DNA of 32,000 bases from Candidatus Heimdallarchaeota archaeon (GCA_030614005.1 JAUWKS010000011.1:34498-66497); one strand, 5' to 3'; shown: positions 16,854-26,371, counted from the stretch's first letter. The notes: generated by a model not told the origin, from the letters alone. Program-made: numbers and translations.

Positions 16854-16971
16854 AATAAGCAGTAATAATTGAGTATAATCTACTCAATCATTTTTTTATT
16901 TTCTAAATCACTGATAGATTTATTTGAAGGTTCTTTTATAAAATATGAAAAGGCTAATTTGGTGAAGAATT

Positions 16972-17466
16972 GTGAAAAACACATCATTAAAATCAATATT
17001 TGGCAGCAAAATTTCTATTCTAGTTCTCGGGTTATTTGTAATTATTTTGACTTCAAATGTGCTTCTTTCTGCAGGACATTCACCTTCTGGAATGATCATT
17101 GAATATGATATTAATACTGGAGAATTAAGCGCAACCATAACTCATTTTGTATCTGGAGATTCACATTATATTGATTTAATTGAGGTAAGGAAGAATTCTG
17201 TTCTCAATCAAACTCATGAATATACAAGTCAATACGCAAATATCTTCATACAGCTTTACAGTATTAATTGTTCAATAGGTGATATCTTGAATGTAAAAGC
17301 CTATTGCAGCGAAGGTGGTTCGATTTCAAAATCTCTGACAGTTGCAGAAAATATCTCTACTACTCCAGAATCAACTGGTTTAGTTGCTGTTTCACATATC
17401 TGTATAACGTTATTTGTATTAATTGGATATTCAGTTGTTACTCGGAAAAGAACAAATCCAACGTAG
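16972..17466 (+). CDS. Secreted, C-terminally anchored small protein with superoxide-reductase/desulfoferrodoxin-like His/Cys pattern
   Basis: GGTGA SD and GTG start; signal peptide; motifs GHSP, ITHFV, HYIDLIEV and AYCSEGG; Ser/Thr linker, TM helix and basic tail TRKR. Confidence 0.65.
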   Translation: MKNTSLKSIFGSKISILVLGLFVIILTSNVLLSAGHSPSGMIIEYDINTGELSATITHFVSGDSHYIDLIEVRKNSVLNQTHEYTSQYANIFIQLYSINCSIGDILNVKAYCSEGGSISKSLTVAENISTTPESTGLVAVSHICITLFVLIGYSVVTRKRTNPT

Positions 17467-17627
17467 CTTTCAATGCTATTTCATGTTTCAATTTAAATAA
17501 ATTAATAGAAGGAAAGAAGCGGGGAAACTGATATTTTCTATTTTTGGAAATGTTCTTAAGTAGTTAGAATTATTGTGCTAGATAATAGCTAGAGAGTTAT
17601 GCTACTCGTTTAGGAGGATATCAATCT

Positions 17628-18752
17628 ATGAGCACTGGACTGACGATGAAAGTCTTACGAATAAGTATTTTAGCGTTTATATTATTATTAGCGACCTCAA
17701 TTATTTCCACGACCTTAGTCATGGGTCTTACAGATTTTGATCAGTCAAAACAATTACAAGATGGTTATAAAGAAGCTTTTACTCATACCGTTGAAAATTA
17801 TAAGAATCAAAGATTTACGATAGAAATTACTCTGGAAGAAACTGTCTCAAACAATTCTATAGTTTATGTTTTTGTTGTACCACGTGATGATTGGTTTCGT
17901 ATACGAGATAACGCTTCTTTAGGTATTAGCGATATTCCAGCTGAAAATTTCCTTTATAACGAATCTGTGGAGAAAGTATATTTTGATATTGATGACAAAA
18001 CTGTTCTTGTTACATTGGTAGGGGAAAATATTGTTATTCCTGATTGGAATCCATGGACTATGATATTCCTTAATTTAAATGGTGAGGAATTATCTTCTTC
18101 AATTAAGGTCGAACATCAGCACATTCTCTGGTGGCTCTGGATTGTTATTCCATCTCTTATTATTACCGGATTAATAACATACGGTGTTGTTGAAAATGTT
18201 ACTAGATATGAACGAGTAAAAATGAGCTCAGAAAAAGCCATTAAAAAATTAGGTATTAAAAATGAAGCTGAACGACAGAGAGCAGCTTACTGGTTAATTT
18301 CAAATGGAACAGAAGATGATTTAGCTCAGCTAATAGAGTTGTTAAGCAATGAGAATCCACTGAATCGTGCCAATGCAGCTTTTGCAATTGGTGGAATTTC
18401 AAAACGAATTGGTGATAAAAGTCTTGGACGTGTCTTAATTGACCAGTACAATGTAGATATTGATGAAATGGTCAAAGGAGAAATCGTAAATGCAATGTGT
18501 GATGTTGCTGATGAATCAGCTTTAGAAATTTTAGAACAATATTTAAAGTTTGAACACAATGAAATCCTTCGATTTAATATTGCTGAAGCATTAGAAGTAA
18601 TCGCTTCACATAAATCTATTCCAAGTTTGGTTGAAATAATCAATGGTAATAATACCGAGACCTTAAAGATTGTTTGTAAGAGAGCACTTACGAAAATTGC
18701 AAAAATTGAAGGAACAAGTGCAGACGCGCTTATTAAAAAGCATTCTAAATAA
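17628..18752 (+). CDS. Membrane-anchored HEAT-repeat protein
   Basis: N-terminal signal/TM, ~130-aa external domain, second TM (WWLWIVIPSLIITGLITYGVV), then HEAT/PBS-like repeats (RQRAAYWL, RANAAFAIG, KGEIVNAM, RFNIAEALE, KIVCKRAL). GGAGG SD. Confidence 0.8.
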   Translation: MSTGLTMKVLRISILAFILLLATSIISTTLVMGLTDFDQSKQLQDGYKEAFTHTVENYKNQRFTIEITLEETVSNNSIVYVFVVPRDDWFRIRDNASLGISDIPAENFLYNESVEKVYFDIDDKTVLVTLVGENIVIPDWNPWTMIFLNLNGEELSSSIKVEHQHILWWLWIVIPSLIITGLITYGVVENVTRYERVKMSSEKAIKKLGIKNEAERQRAAYWLISNGTEDDLAQLIELLSNENPLNRANAAFAIGGISKRIGDKSLGRVLIDQYNVDIDEMVKGEIVNAMCDVADESALEILEQYLKFEHNEILRFNIAEALEVIASHKSIPSLVEIINGNNTETLKIVCKRALTKIAKIEGTSADALIKKHSK

Positions 18753-18754
18753 AC

Positions 18755-18795
18755 AGCTGAATCATTTATTGAGTTCAGCTCAATAATCTTTTTTT
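18755..18795 (+). terminator. Intrinsic-terminator-like hairpin with an overlapping alternative stem
   Basis: TTATTGAG-TTCAG-CTCAATAA (18766-18786) followed by TCTTTTTTT. A mutually exclusive stem AGCTGAA (18755-18761) / TTCAGCT (18774-18780) overlaps it. Confidence 0.5.
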
Positions 18796-18932
18796 CATTA
18801 TCACACTTCTAGTGCATTCTTCTTTGCATTTCTAACTCAAAAAAGAATATAAGCATTATCTGAATGATAAAGATAGTATAAAAAATCAGAGAATTAATTA
18901 TTATTTCTCTTCATGTATTAGGAGGTAGATTT

Positions 18933-20792
18933 TTGACCTTTCAAATAAATAACATTACTCTTTACAAATCTGGTATAGGCTATTTTACAGGAAAATGCAC
19001 CAAGAAAGAATTTATTTTACCCGTTAATGAAAATGATATCGATGATATTCTTAAATCACTTTCAGTTGATGGATTAAAATCTGTGACTTTTAGTGCTTCA
19101 GAAGGGAAAGATAGTATCAAAGAAAAAATCGGAATAAATATTGATGCAGAATCCGCTTTCATTTCTTTTAGTAAACACCTGATAGGTTTAACAGTTGAAA
19201 TTGAAACTGATAAAATATACAAGGGAAAAGTCATTGGTATTGATTTCTTGTTGATAGATGATTTAGAAGATGAAGAAGATGGGATCGATGTTTTAATAAT
19301 TCAAGACAAAAACACCATTCTGCATTTGCCGATAAGTAGGATAAAACGAATAAAAATATTGGATGATACCATACAAAAAGACTTAGAGGTATTTTTAGAT
19401 TTAGAAGCTTCTACAAGAAAAATCGGTGTTACAAATCTAACTGTCCTTACAACTAAGGAAGATGCAAGTATCCAATGGGTTGCTCCAGTATCTGCTTGGA
19501 GATTATCATATAGAGTTCAGTATTCTCAAGAGAAAAGCAGCACTGATTTTACTGGAATCGCTATCGTTGACAATACCACTGGAATAGATTGGGAAAAAAT
19601 TAAACTTCAACTAGTAACAGGTCGTCCTGTTAGTTTTAAACATGACTTGCATACCCCTCACTATGTTGATAGACCTTGGATTTCACGAGAAGAAACGGGA
19701 ATTTCTCCTTTATTAGCACAAGCATCTGTAAAGAGAAGTGATCTGAGAAAAAAATCTGACCAATATGGACGCGGACGTAGGGAACCTTTACCAAAAGCTT
19801 CGACAACTTCTGGTATGAGTTTAGAAGGGCGATTAGGTTGGGATATTTCTCGAGATGTTATGAAAACGGTTTCAGCTGCCTCACAAGAAGAATTAGCAGC
19901 AACAGTTACTTATCAAGTAACGAAACCTGTTACTATCAACCGTTCTGAAAGTTCTTTAATTCCTCTATTTAATAAATCAATGAAAGGTGAATTATGTGTT
20001 GTCATTCGTGACGATAGAATTGAGGATGGAATGGATGCAATTCTATTTAGCAAGGACTTGGATTTGGAAAAAGGTGTAGCAACTATACATATTGATGATA
20101 TTTTTGCAGGAGATGCAATGATTGTTCGGGGAACAGATTACATTGCTTTTAGGATTAATCAAGACATTAATACTATTAAATCCGTAGAACAAACAAGTAA
20201 AATCGTCAGTGTGTCAGTGAAGAAAAATCTAATGTATCAAAAACATTCGGAAATAGCTACCTATAATTTCAAGTTTCTAAACATTGCTGATAAAAAAATG
20301 CCCATTGTTTTTGAGATAGGAAAATTGGACGAGTATAAACCAAAAACCAAACCAATTAAAGAAACAGCAAATTACTATCGCTATAAATTTGATCTTGAAC
20401 CGGGAAGTTCTGAAAAAATATTTACTTTCACAAAAATTGTCTTAACAAGTCTTTATGTTCGTAACCTTTCTGAGGATGTTGTCAAAGATATGATAAAAGA
20501 AGGTGTTCTTGACGATAAAAATGAACGATTAGTGTTGAAGATATTTGCTAATCTACGAAAAATCACTCAAAAGGAAAATGAACTAAATACTATTGAAAAC
20601 GAAATTGATTGGGAATATTCTAACCAAGAACGTTTGAGAGATAATATCATAGTTTTGCAGAAAATTTTGCAAGCTGCTGAACGAGATAGCTATATAGAAC
20701 GATTAAAAATTTCTGAAAAGCATCTCGAAGATCTCGAGAGTGAGAAGAAAAAACTCACTGTAGAGATTAAGAAATTGAAATTGAAGATATAG
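18933..20792 (+). CDS. DUF4139-like protein, paralog 1, with C-terminal coiled coil
   Basis: ITLYKSGIGYF, SAWRLSYRV, AIVDNTTGIDWEKIKLQLVTGRP, VTINRSESSLIP and C-terminal NQERLRDNI heptad region. GGAGGT SD, TTG start, no signal peptide. Confidence 0.75.
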   Translation: MTFQINNITLYKSGIGYFTGKCTKKEFILPVNENDIDDILKSLSVDGLKSVTFSASEGKDSIKEKIGINIDAESAFISFSKHLIGLTVEIETDKIYKGKVIGIDFLLIDDLEDEEDGIDVLIIQDKNTILHLPISRIKRIKILDDTIQKDLEVFLDLEASTRKIGVTNLTVLTTKEDASIQWVAPVSAWRLSYRVQYSQEKSSTDFTGIAIVDNTTGIDWEKIKLQLVTGRPVSFKHDLHTPHYVDRPWISREETGISPLLAQASVKRSDLRKKSDQYGRGRREPLPKASTTSGMSLEGRLGWDISRDVMKTVSAASQEELAATVTYQVTKPVTINRSESSLIPLFNKSMKGELCVVIRDDRIEDGMDAILFSKDLDLEKGVATIHIDDIFAGDAMIVRGTDYIAFRINQDINTIKSVEQTSKIVSVSVKKNLMYQKHSEIATYNFKFLNIADKKMPIVFEIGKLDEYKPKTKPIKETANYYRYKFDLEPGSSEKIFTFTKIVLTSLYVRNLSEDVVKDMIKEGVLDDKNERLVLKIFANLRKITQKENELNTIENEIDWEYSNQERLRDNIIVLQKILQAAERDSYIERLKISEKHLEDLESEKKKLTVEIKKLKLKI

Positions 20793-20807
20793 TTGGAGGA
20801 CAAGAAA

Positions 20808-22727
20808 ATGACCTTAAATATTAAAGAAGTAACTTTGTATCAAAGTGGTGTAGGTTTCTTCCTGGCTGATTGTCCAAAGAAAAATTTCACTTTACCTGTT
20901 AATGAAGGTGACATCAATGATGTTCTAAAATCTTTATCAGTAAATGGATTAACTTCTGTGAGATTTAATTCAGCAGAAGAAATTGATAAGATCCTAGATA
21001 AAATTGGCATCGATCTCGAAGTTGACGGAGCATTGCTTTCTTTGTGTAGCCATCTCGTAGGATTGGAAGTAAAAATAACAATTGATAAAAGCTACACAGG
21101 AACTGTTTTAGGAGTAGATGAAATTGATGATTGCTCTGAAACAGAAGAAACACTGATCAATACGAATGAAGTATTGGTTTTGAAGATTGGAAATGAAATT
21201 CAAAACTTCCCCTTAAAAGATATCAAGAAACTTGAGATTCTCGATTCTACTTTGCAAAAGGATATTGATACTTTCCTAAATCTTCTAGCAAATAAAAGAA
21301 AGGCAGGTGTGGTTAATCTCCAAGTCGATGCGAAGGCTAATTCTTGGGCTTCGTGGGTAATGCCTATTTCATCTTGGCGTTTATCTTATCGTGTTTTCTT
21401 CGATATTGCTAAGAAAGAACTTGAGATGGTCGGAATTTCGATTATCGATAATACCACTTCTATAGATTGGGAACAAGTTGTTCTGAGGATTGTGACAGGT
21501 AAACCTGTTAGTTTTCAATATGATCTTTTTACCCCTCTCCATATCAAGCGACCTGTTATTATACGGGATGTCAAAGGTGTTGCACCAATGGTATCTGAAG
21601 CAGGTGGTATGTTTGATGATTTTGATGATGAAATGGAAGAACCTTCGATGGAATATTCTGAAGGCTTAGTGGGTTACGGAGGAAAAGCATTGGGAGTAAT
21701 GGCTCCCCCTCCGGGTGCAGCTCCAAAAAGAGCTAAAATGCTTATGAAATCTCAAGCAAAAGGCATGCCTTCAGTATTACGAGAAATTGACGTTAAACCA
21801 ATTATTGAGACTCAGATACAAGAGATAGGTTCAGCAATTGCATATGTGGTTAATTATCCTATTACTATAAATAGATCCCAAAGTGCTCTAATACCTATTT
21901 TTACTGAAAAAGTAAGTGGTGAGCTTTGCGTTATTCTTAGAGATGATAGATTAACCGAAGCTATGGATGCAATCAAACTCAAAAAACCAATTGATGTTGA
22001 GAAAGGTGCTGCAACAATTTACTTGGATGGAAACTACGCAGGAGATTCTATGATAATAACAGGCACTGAATTTATTGCCTTCCGATTGAATCAAGATATT
22101 TCTGCAATGAAGGAAACAACCTCTCAAACAAGAATTGAAGCTATTGAGTTGAAAGATGCCTATCTCTCTGTCAAAAGAGTTACTGAGCTAGAATATACTT
22201 TCAAATTCATCAATAGAAACAAAGAAAGCTTGCCAACAATTCTAGAAATAACGAAATTGAGTTCTTATCAAGTAGATGATGATCCTGATGCTGAAACAAG
22301 AGATTATTATCAATACAATTTACTTCTAAAACCTGGAAATTCTGTTAAGACTCTCACATTCCGCAGGGTAACATCTGAATCTGTAAGGATTGCAAATCTA
22401 AATGAAATACAATTTAACACATACTTTGAAACAGGATTAATATCGCCGTCTGATAAAAGAAAAGCTGAAAAAATAATTGAGCTAATAAAATTGGTAAAGA
22501 AGAAAGAACGTGACTATATTGCCCTAACCAATGCTATTCAGCATCAATTCAAAAATCAGAAGCGAATCAGAGATAATCTTGTAGTAATAAAAGAAGATGA
22601 GAATCTGAAGAACGAATACTTGGTTAAATTGAAAGAATCTGAAACTCATTTGGAACAGAAAAAGGATGAATCAAAAACATTGAAAATTGAAATCGAAGAG
22701 TTAAAACAAAAAATTGAAGGATATTAG
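20808..22727 (+). CDS. DUF4139-like protein, paralog 2, with C-terminal coiled coil
   Basis: VTLYQSGVGFF, SSWRLSYRV, IIDNTTSIDWEQVVLRIVTGKP and NQKRIRDNL. Start moved to ATG 20808: GGAGGA at 20795-20800 is its SD, and MTLNIKEVTLY aligns with MTFQINNITLY of paralog 1. Confidence 0.78.
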   Translation: MTLNIKEVTLYQSGVGFFLADCPKKNFTLPVNEGDINDVLKSLSVNGLTSVRFNSAEEIDKILDKIGIDLEVDGALLSLCSHLVGLEVKITIDKSYTGTVLGVDEIDDCSETEETLINTNEVLVLKIGNEIQNFPLKDIKKLEILDSTLQKDIDTFLNLLANKRKAGVVNLQVDAKANSWASWVMPISSWRLSYRVFFDIAKKELEMVGISIIDNTTSIDWEQVVLRIVTGKPVSFQYDLFTPLHIKRPVIIRDVKGVAPMVSEAGGMFDDFDDEMEEPSMEYSEGLVGYGGKALGVMAPPPGAAPKRAKMLMKSQAKGMPSVLREIDVKPIIETQIQEIGSAIAYVVNYPITINRSQSALIPIFTEKVSGELCVILRDDRLTEAMDAIKLKKPIDVEKGAATIYLDGNYAGDSMIITGTEFIAFRLNQDISAMKETTSQTRIEAIELKDAYLSVKRVTELEYTFKFINRNKESLPTILEITKLSSYQVDDDPDAETRDYYQYNLLLKPGNSVKTLTFRRVTSESVRIANLNEIQFNTYFETGLISPSDKRKAEKIIELIKLVKKKERDYIALTNAIQHQFKNQKRIRDNLVVIKEDENLKNEYLVKLKESETHLEQKKDESKTLKIEIEELKQKIEGY

Positions 22728-22883
22728 TAACTGGTAAATTCATTTACATCTGATATCTTTCATTCCAATTTTTTTTAAATACCTTTTTAATTAATTTAGC
22801 ACCATACAAAGTACTGGTATTGGTGAGAATTATGAGTTTTGAATCAGCTTAGAAGTGGAATTTTTTTCACTAAAGCAAATTTT

Positions 22884-22900
22884 ATAATCTCAGAGATTAT
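22884..22900. promoter_or_regulatory. Palindrome ATAATCTC-A-GAGATTAT upstream of the pgk-like gene
   Basis: Perfect 8-bp arms around one central base, 21 nt before the TTG start, overlapping TATA-like TTTTATAA and TTTTATAT. Confidence 0.5.
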
Positions 22901-22921
22901 TTTATATTCATAAAATATCAT

Positions 22922-24310
22922 TTGTCTAAAATCACATATGGAGAGAAATCTTCTATGAAGCCAGCTGTCTACGATAAAATAATTCAAGAAAATAGCTATG
23001 AGGATATGAAGATTAATAAGAAAGGTTTTGTTGGGGTTCGTGTAGATATTAATAGCCCATTAAGTGTTGATCATTTTGAAGGGAAAGATTACAAAAGGGT
23101 TGTTAAGAGTCCAAGAATGAATGTCTGCGCAGAGACGATTATTCGCTTAACAAAAATGGGTTATGTGCCAATTATTTTTGCTCATCAAGGACGAATGACC
23201 AAAGAAGGTCCTGATGAGGCTTGTATTTCATTGAAATCCCACGCAGATATGCTTGATGGAATGTTGTACAATATTAATGTTCATTTTCAAGATGACCCTA
23301 TTTTAAGTTTAACAGAATATGACTTTATTGGTTTTGCTCCTGGTGATGCTATTGTTTTAGAAAATACTCGAACTGAGAAACTCTCAAATGGTAAATTTCT
23401 GGAATCAGATTTGACAGAAGGGAGAAAAGAGTTCAATAAAGTATTCGATTCAATTCTAGATTATTACATTATAGATGCATTTCCAACTTCTCATAGAGAA
23501 ACTACTACAATGGCACCTATTTTTGATACCACTCCTGTGGTTTTTGGTCCTGAGTTTATACAAGAATTTGCTGAAATAAGTAAAGTGCGAAGAAGATTAT
23601 ATTCTTCCCAACCAATTATGTTTGGTTTTGGTGGAGCTAAATTTGATAAATTGGATAATATGAAGAAAATTCTCGAACGGAAAAATGTCGTTGCTTTTTT
23701 TGGAGGAATTCCTGCCCAACTTCTTATTCGTGCTTCTGGTCATTCACTTGGGAAGGCCAATAATGATTTTCTTGATAACAAAGGAGTCGATGTAGCTAAA
23801 GAGCTTCTAGAAGTCATGGAGCAAGGTGCTGCTTGTTATCTACCAATTGATTTCACTGTAAAAATAGGTGAAAGAGGACGAACAATAAGAACTTTGAGCG
23901 TATCCGATGTTAAAAAATATAAAGATGGTATTATTCTTGATGTCGGTGATCACACAATAAATTATTTTATCAATGATATTATTCTATCATATTTATCCAC
24001 ACCAATTGGTCCTTTATTAAACAATAGTAACGGAACAATAGACTATGATTGGCTCTTTATACTTGCAGGACCATTTGGAAAAATTGATGAATATGGTTTG
24101 AATACCTTACCATTTATAGCTAGACTTCTGAAAAAAGATATACACATAACTATTCTAGGTGGCGATTCAGCAGCTTATTTGCGAACGAGTGGCTTTGGTG
24201 ACGCAATAGATCTAATATTAAGTGGAGGAGCAGCATTATCGTTTCTAGCAACTAGTAACATAAAATGCATTGATAAAAATCCTACATTCAAGGAATATTT
24301 CAAGAAATAG
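22922..24310 (+). CDS. pgk: Phosphoglycerate kinase family protein, divergent
   Basis: VRVDINSP (archaeal-type), AHQGR, LENTR, DAFPTSHR, GGAK, LDVG, GPFG, GGDSAA and SGGAAL correspond in order to the PGK motifs. Confidence 0.78.
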   Translation: MSKITYGEKSSMKPAVYDKIIQENSYEDMKINKKGFVGVRVDINSPLSVDHFEGKDYKRVVKSPRMNVCAETIIRLTKMGYVPIIFAHQGRMTKEGPDEACISLKSHADMLDGMLYNINVHFQDDPILSLTEYDFIGFAPGDAIVLENTRTEKLSNGKFLESDLTEGRKEFNKVFDSILDYYIIDAFPTSHRETTTMAPIFDTTPVVFGPEFIQEFAEISKVRRRLYSSQPIMFGFGGAKFDKLDNMKKILERKNVVAFFGGIPAQLLIRASGHSLGKANNDFLDNKGVDVAKELLEVMEQGAACYLPIDFTVKIGERGRTIRTLSVSDVKKYKDGIILDVGDHTINYFINDIILSYLSTPIGPLLNNSNGTIDYDWLFILAGPFGKIDEYGLNTLPFIARLLKKDIHITILGGDSAAYLRTSGFGDAIDLILSGGAALSFLATSNIKCIDKNPTFKEYFKK

Positions 24311-24357
24311 TTAACAATGGTTTTTTCAAAGTAATAATGTTGAAGGGTAGAAAAACA

Positions 24358-25428
24358 ATGACATTAACATATTTGGATGAATTTCATGAGAAACCTACAG
24401 CTAGGCAGAAAAAAGTGTTTCATGCTTTTCTTGACAAACAGAATCTAGAATATGAGGAAGATGTAGACTTTACTCTGAAAGTAATTGATAACGCAACTGG
24501 AGAAATGGTAGGTACCGGAAGTATTGATGGAAAAGTTCTGAAATGCATTGCAATAGACCCTACAAGGAGAGGTGAAGGACTATCGGCTCATATTCTATCT
24601 CAACTAGTTAAAGAACAGTACAAAAGAGGCAATAGTCATATCTTTGTTTTTACAAATCCAAAGAATATTGAAGAAACAGCCGGAAATGTTTTTGCCGGTT
24701 TCCGAGTAGTGAGTAAAACAGATGATATTGTTCTCTTGGAAATGGGTTCAAACTCCATTGAAGAATATCTTGATGATTTAAAATTTCAAACGAGAGGCAT
24801 TACAGAAACAGAGAAAAACCCTATCGGGTCGATCGTAGTTAACTGCAATCCTTTTACTTTAGGGCATCAGTTTCTTATTGAAACAGCAGCAAAAGAGTGC
24901 TCTTATCTAATTGTTTTTGTAGTCACAGAAGATCGTTCTTTGTTTCCAACCGAAGTTCGATATCAATTAGTTAAAGCAGGAACAAAACATCTTGACAATG
25001 TTGTCGTTTTGAAGGGAGGAGATTATATTATCTCGCCAGCCACTTTTCCAAGATATTTTATGAAAGAATTTGCTGATATATCTTTGAGGCAAGCAAGATT
25101 GGATGTAACAATTTTTGGAGAGCACATTGCTCCCGCACTCGGGATAAAAAAGAGATATGTCGGGGAAGAACCATTTGATTTAGTAACCAACGCATATAAT
25201 CAAGCTATGAAAGAAATATTAATTCCAAAGGGGATAGAATTAGAAATAATTCCTAGAAAAGATGTGAATGGAGTGCCAATTAGCGCTTCCAAAGTGCGTG
25301 CATTGATCAGAGAAGAAAGAATGGTTGAAATTATCGATTTGGTTCCCCCGACAACATACAGTTTTCTAATATCGAAGGAAGCAAAGTCAATTAGAGATAA
25401 AATTGTTAGCTCTTCATCTCGTCACTAA
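24358..25428 (+). CDS. citC: [Citrate (pro-3S)-lyase] ligase
   Basis: N-terminal GNAT-like domain (KCIAIDPTRRGEGL) and C-terminal nucleotidyltransferase domain with IVVNCNPFTLGH, ISPATFPRYF, RYVGEEP, YNQAM and ISASKVR. ATG 24358 is preferred because of the upstream AGGGT. Confidence 0.92.
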   Translation: MTLTYLDEFHEKPTARQKKVFHAFLDKQNLEYEEDVDFTLKVIDNATGEMVGTGSIDGKVLKCIAIDPTRRGEGLSAHILSQLVKEQYKRGNSHIFVFTNPKNIEETAGNVFAGFRVVSKTDDIVLLEMGSNSIEEYLDDLKFQTRGITETEKNPIGSIVVNCNPFTLGHQFLIETAAKECSYLIVFVVTEDRSLFPTEVRYQLVKAGTKHLDNVVVLKGGDYIISPATFPRYFMKEFADISLRQARLDVTIFGEHIAPALGIKKRYVGEEPFDLVTNAYNQAMKEILIPKGIELEIIPRKDVNGVPISASKVRALIREERMVEIIDLVPPTTYSFLISKEAKSIRDKIVSSSSRH

Positions 25429-25453
25429 AATGAAGAGAAGTAAGTGATTTTTT

Positions 25454-26371
25454 TCACTTATCATTTGTTAAATAGTATAACATTAAACTGACTGCTAATA
25501 GATCCGCGCAACCACCTGGACTGATGTTTTGATTTATAAATTCTGCATCTAAATCTCTTACTCTCTCGAGCCACTCATCAGAATATGCATCCTCACTCAG
25601 AACCAAATTATTTGCTTCTTGTCTAACCCAAGTGAGAACGTCGGAGCCATGCCGAGATAAAATATTTGTATCATCTACTCGAGTCATTAAAAATAATAGT
25701 GCCATAATCATTCCTCGCTCAATAACTATGCCAGACTCAAGCGCTTTTTTTATTACTTGATACGCTGCATCTGCATTTGGAAATCCTTTTTCTGCTTCTC
25801 CTCTAATACCTGTTATACCTACATCTAGAAAAATCCACTCGCCTGAAGTAATTTTCTCCTCATCTTTTGGCATACGCATTAACTCTCGCTCAACAATGCC
25901 TTTTGTGATTTCTTGGACAACAGAGAGAATTCTATTAATCTTTAATGAACCTGTTTCACGTGTTGCAAGGTATCCTGCTGCAGCAGCAATAATCATACCA
26001 CTAAAAATTAGCCCTTTTTGTGTATTGATGTTTTTTGTTGACAAAAACATCTCTTCTTCAGCTGACAATCCTACAGAACGTAATTTGGGTAAAAGGTCGC
26101 ACAGCTCTCCTCGATGATCAATAGCTATCTGTGCAGCAATAACCATAAAATGTGATATTGTAGCAGAGCTCAGCATGAACGTGCTAATGTCCATATCTTT
26201 GTGTGCACCAGAATTGTTTCTGTCTACTAAACCTGGTTTTGGGGTGCAAATAGATTCGAGTAAAATTGCTTTTGTGATATTTGCTCCAATATTGAATGAT
26301 ATAGGTTGGATTATCATACCTTTCATATATTTAATCCGAGTAGTGTTATCATACGCTATTCTTTCTGACAT
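25454..26371 (-). CDS. citG: Triphosphoribosyl-dephospho-CoA synthase
   Basis: PKPGLVDRNNSGAHKDMD, NTQKGLIF, TGIRGEA, DTNILSR and NISPGGCADLLA. Confidence 0.93.
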   Translation of the reverse strand: MSERIAYDNTTRIKYMKGMIIQPISFNIGANITKAILLESICTPKPGLVDRNNSGAHKDMDISTFMLSSATISHFMVIAAQIAIDHRGELCDLLPKLRSVGLSAEEEMFLSTKNINTQKGLIFSGMIIAAAAGYLATRETGSLKINRILSVVQEITKGIVERELMRMPKDEEKITSGEWIFLDVGITGIRGEAEKGFPNADAAYQVIKKALESGIVIERGMIMALLFLMTRVDDTNILSRHGSDVLTWVRQEANNLVLSEDAYSDEWLERVRDLDAEFINQNISPGGCADLLAVSLMLYYLTNDK

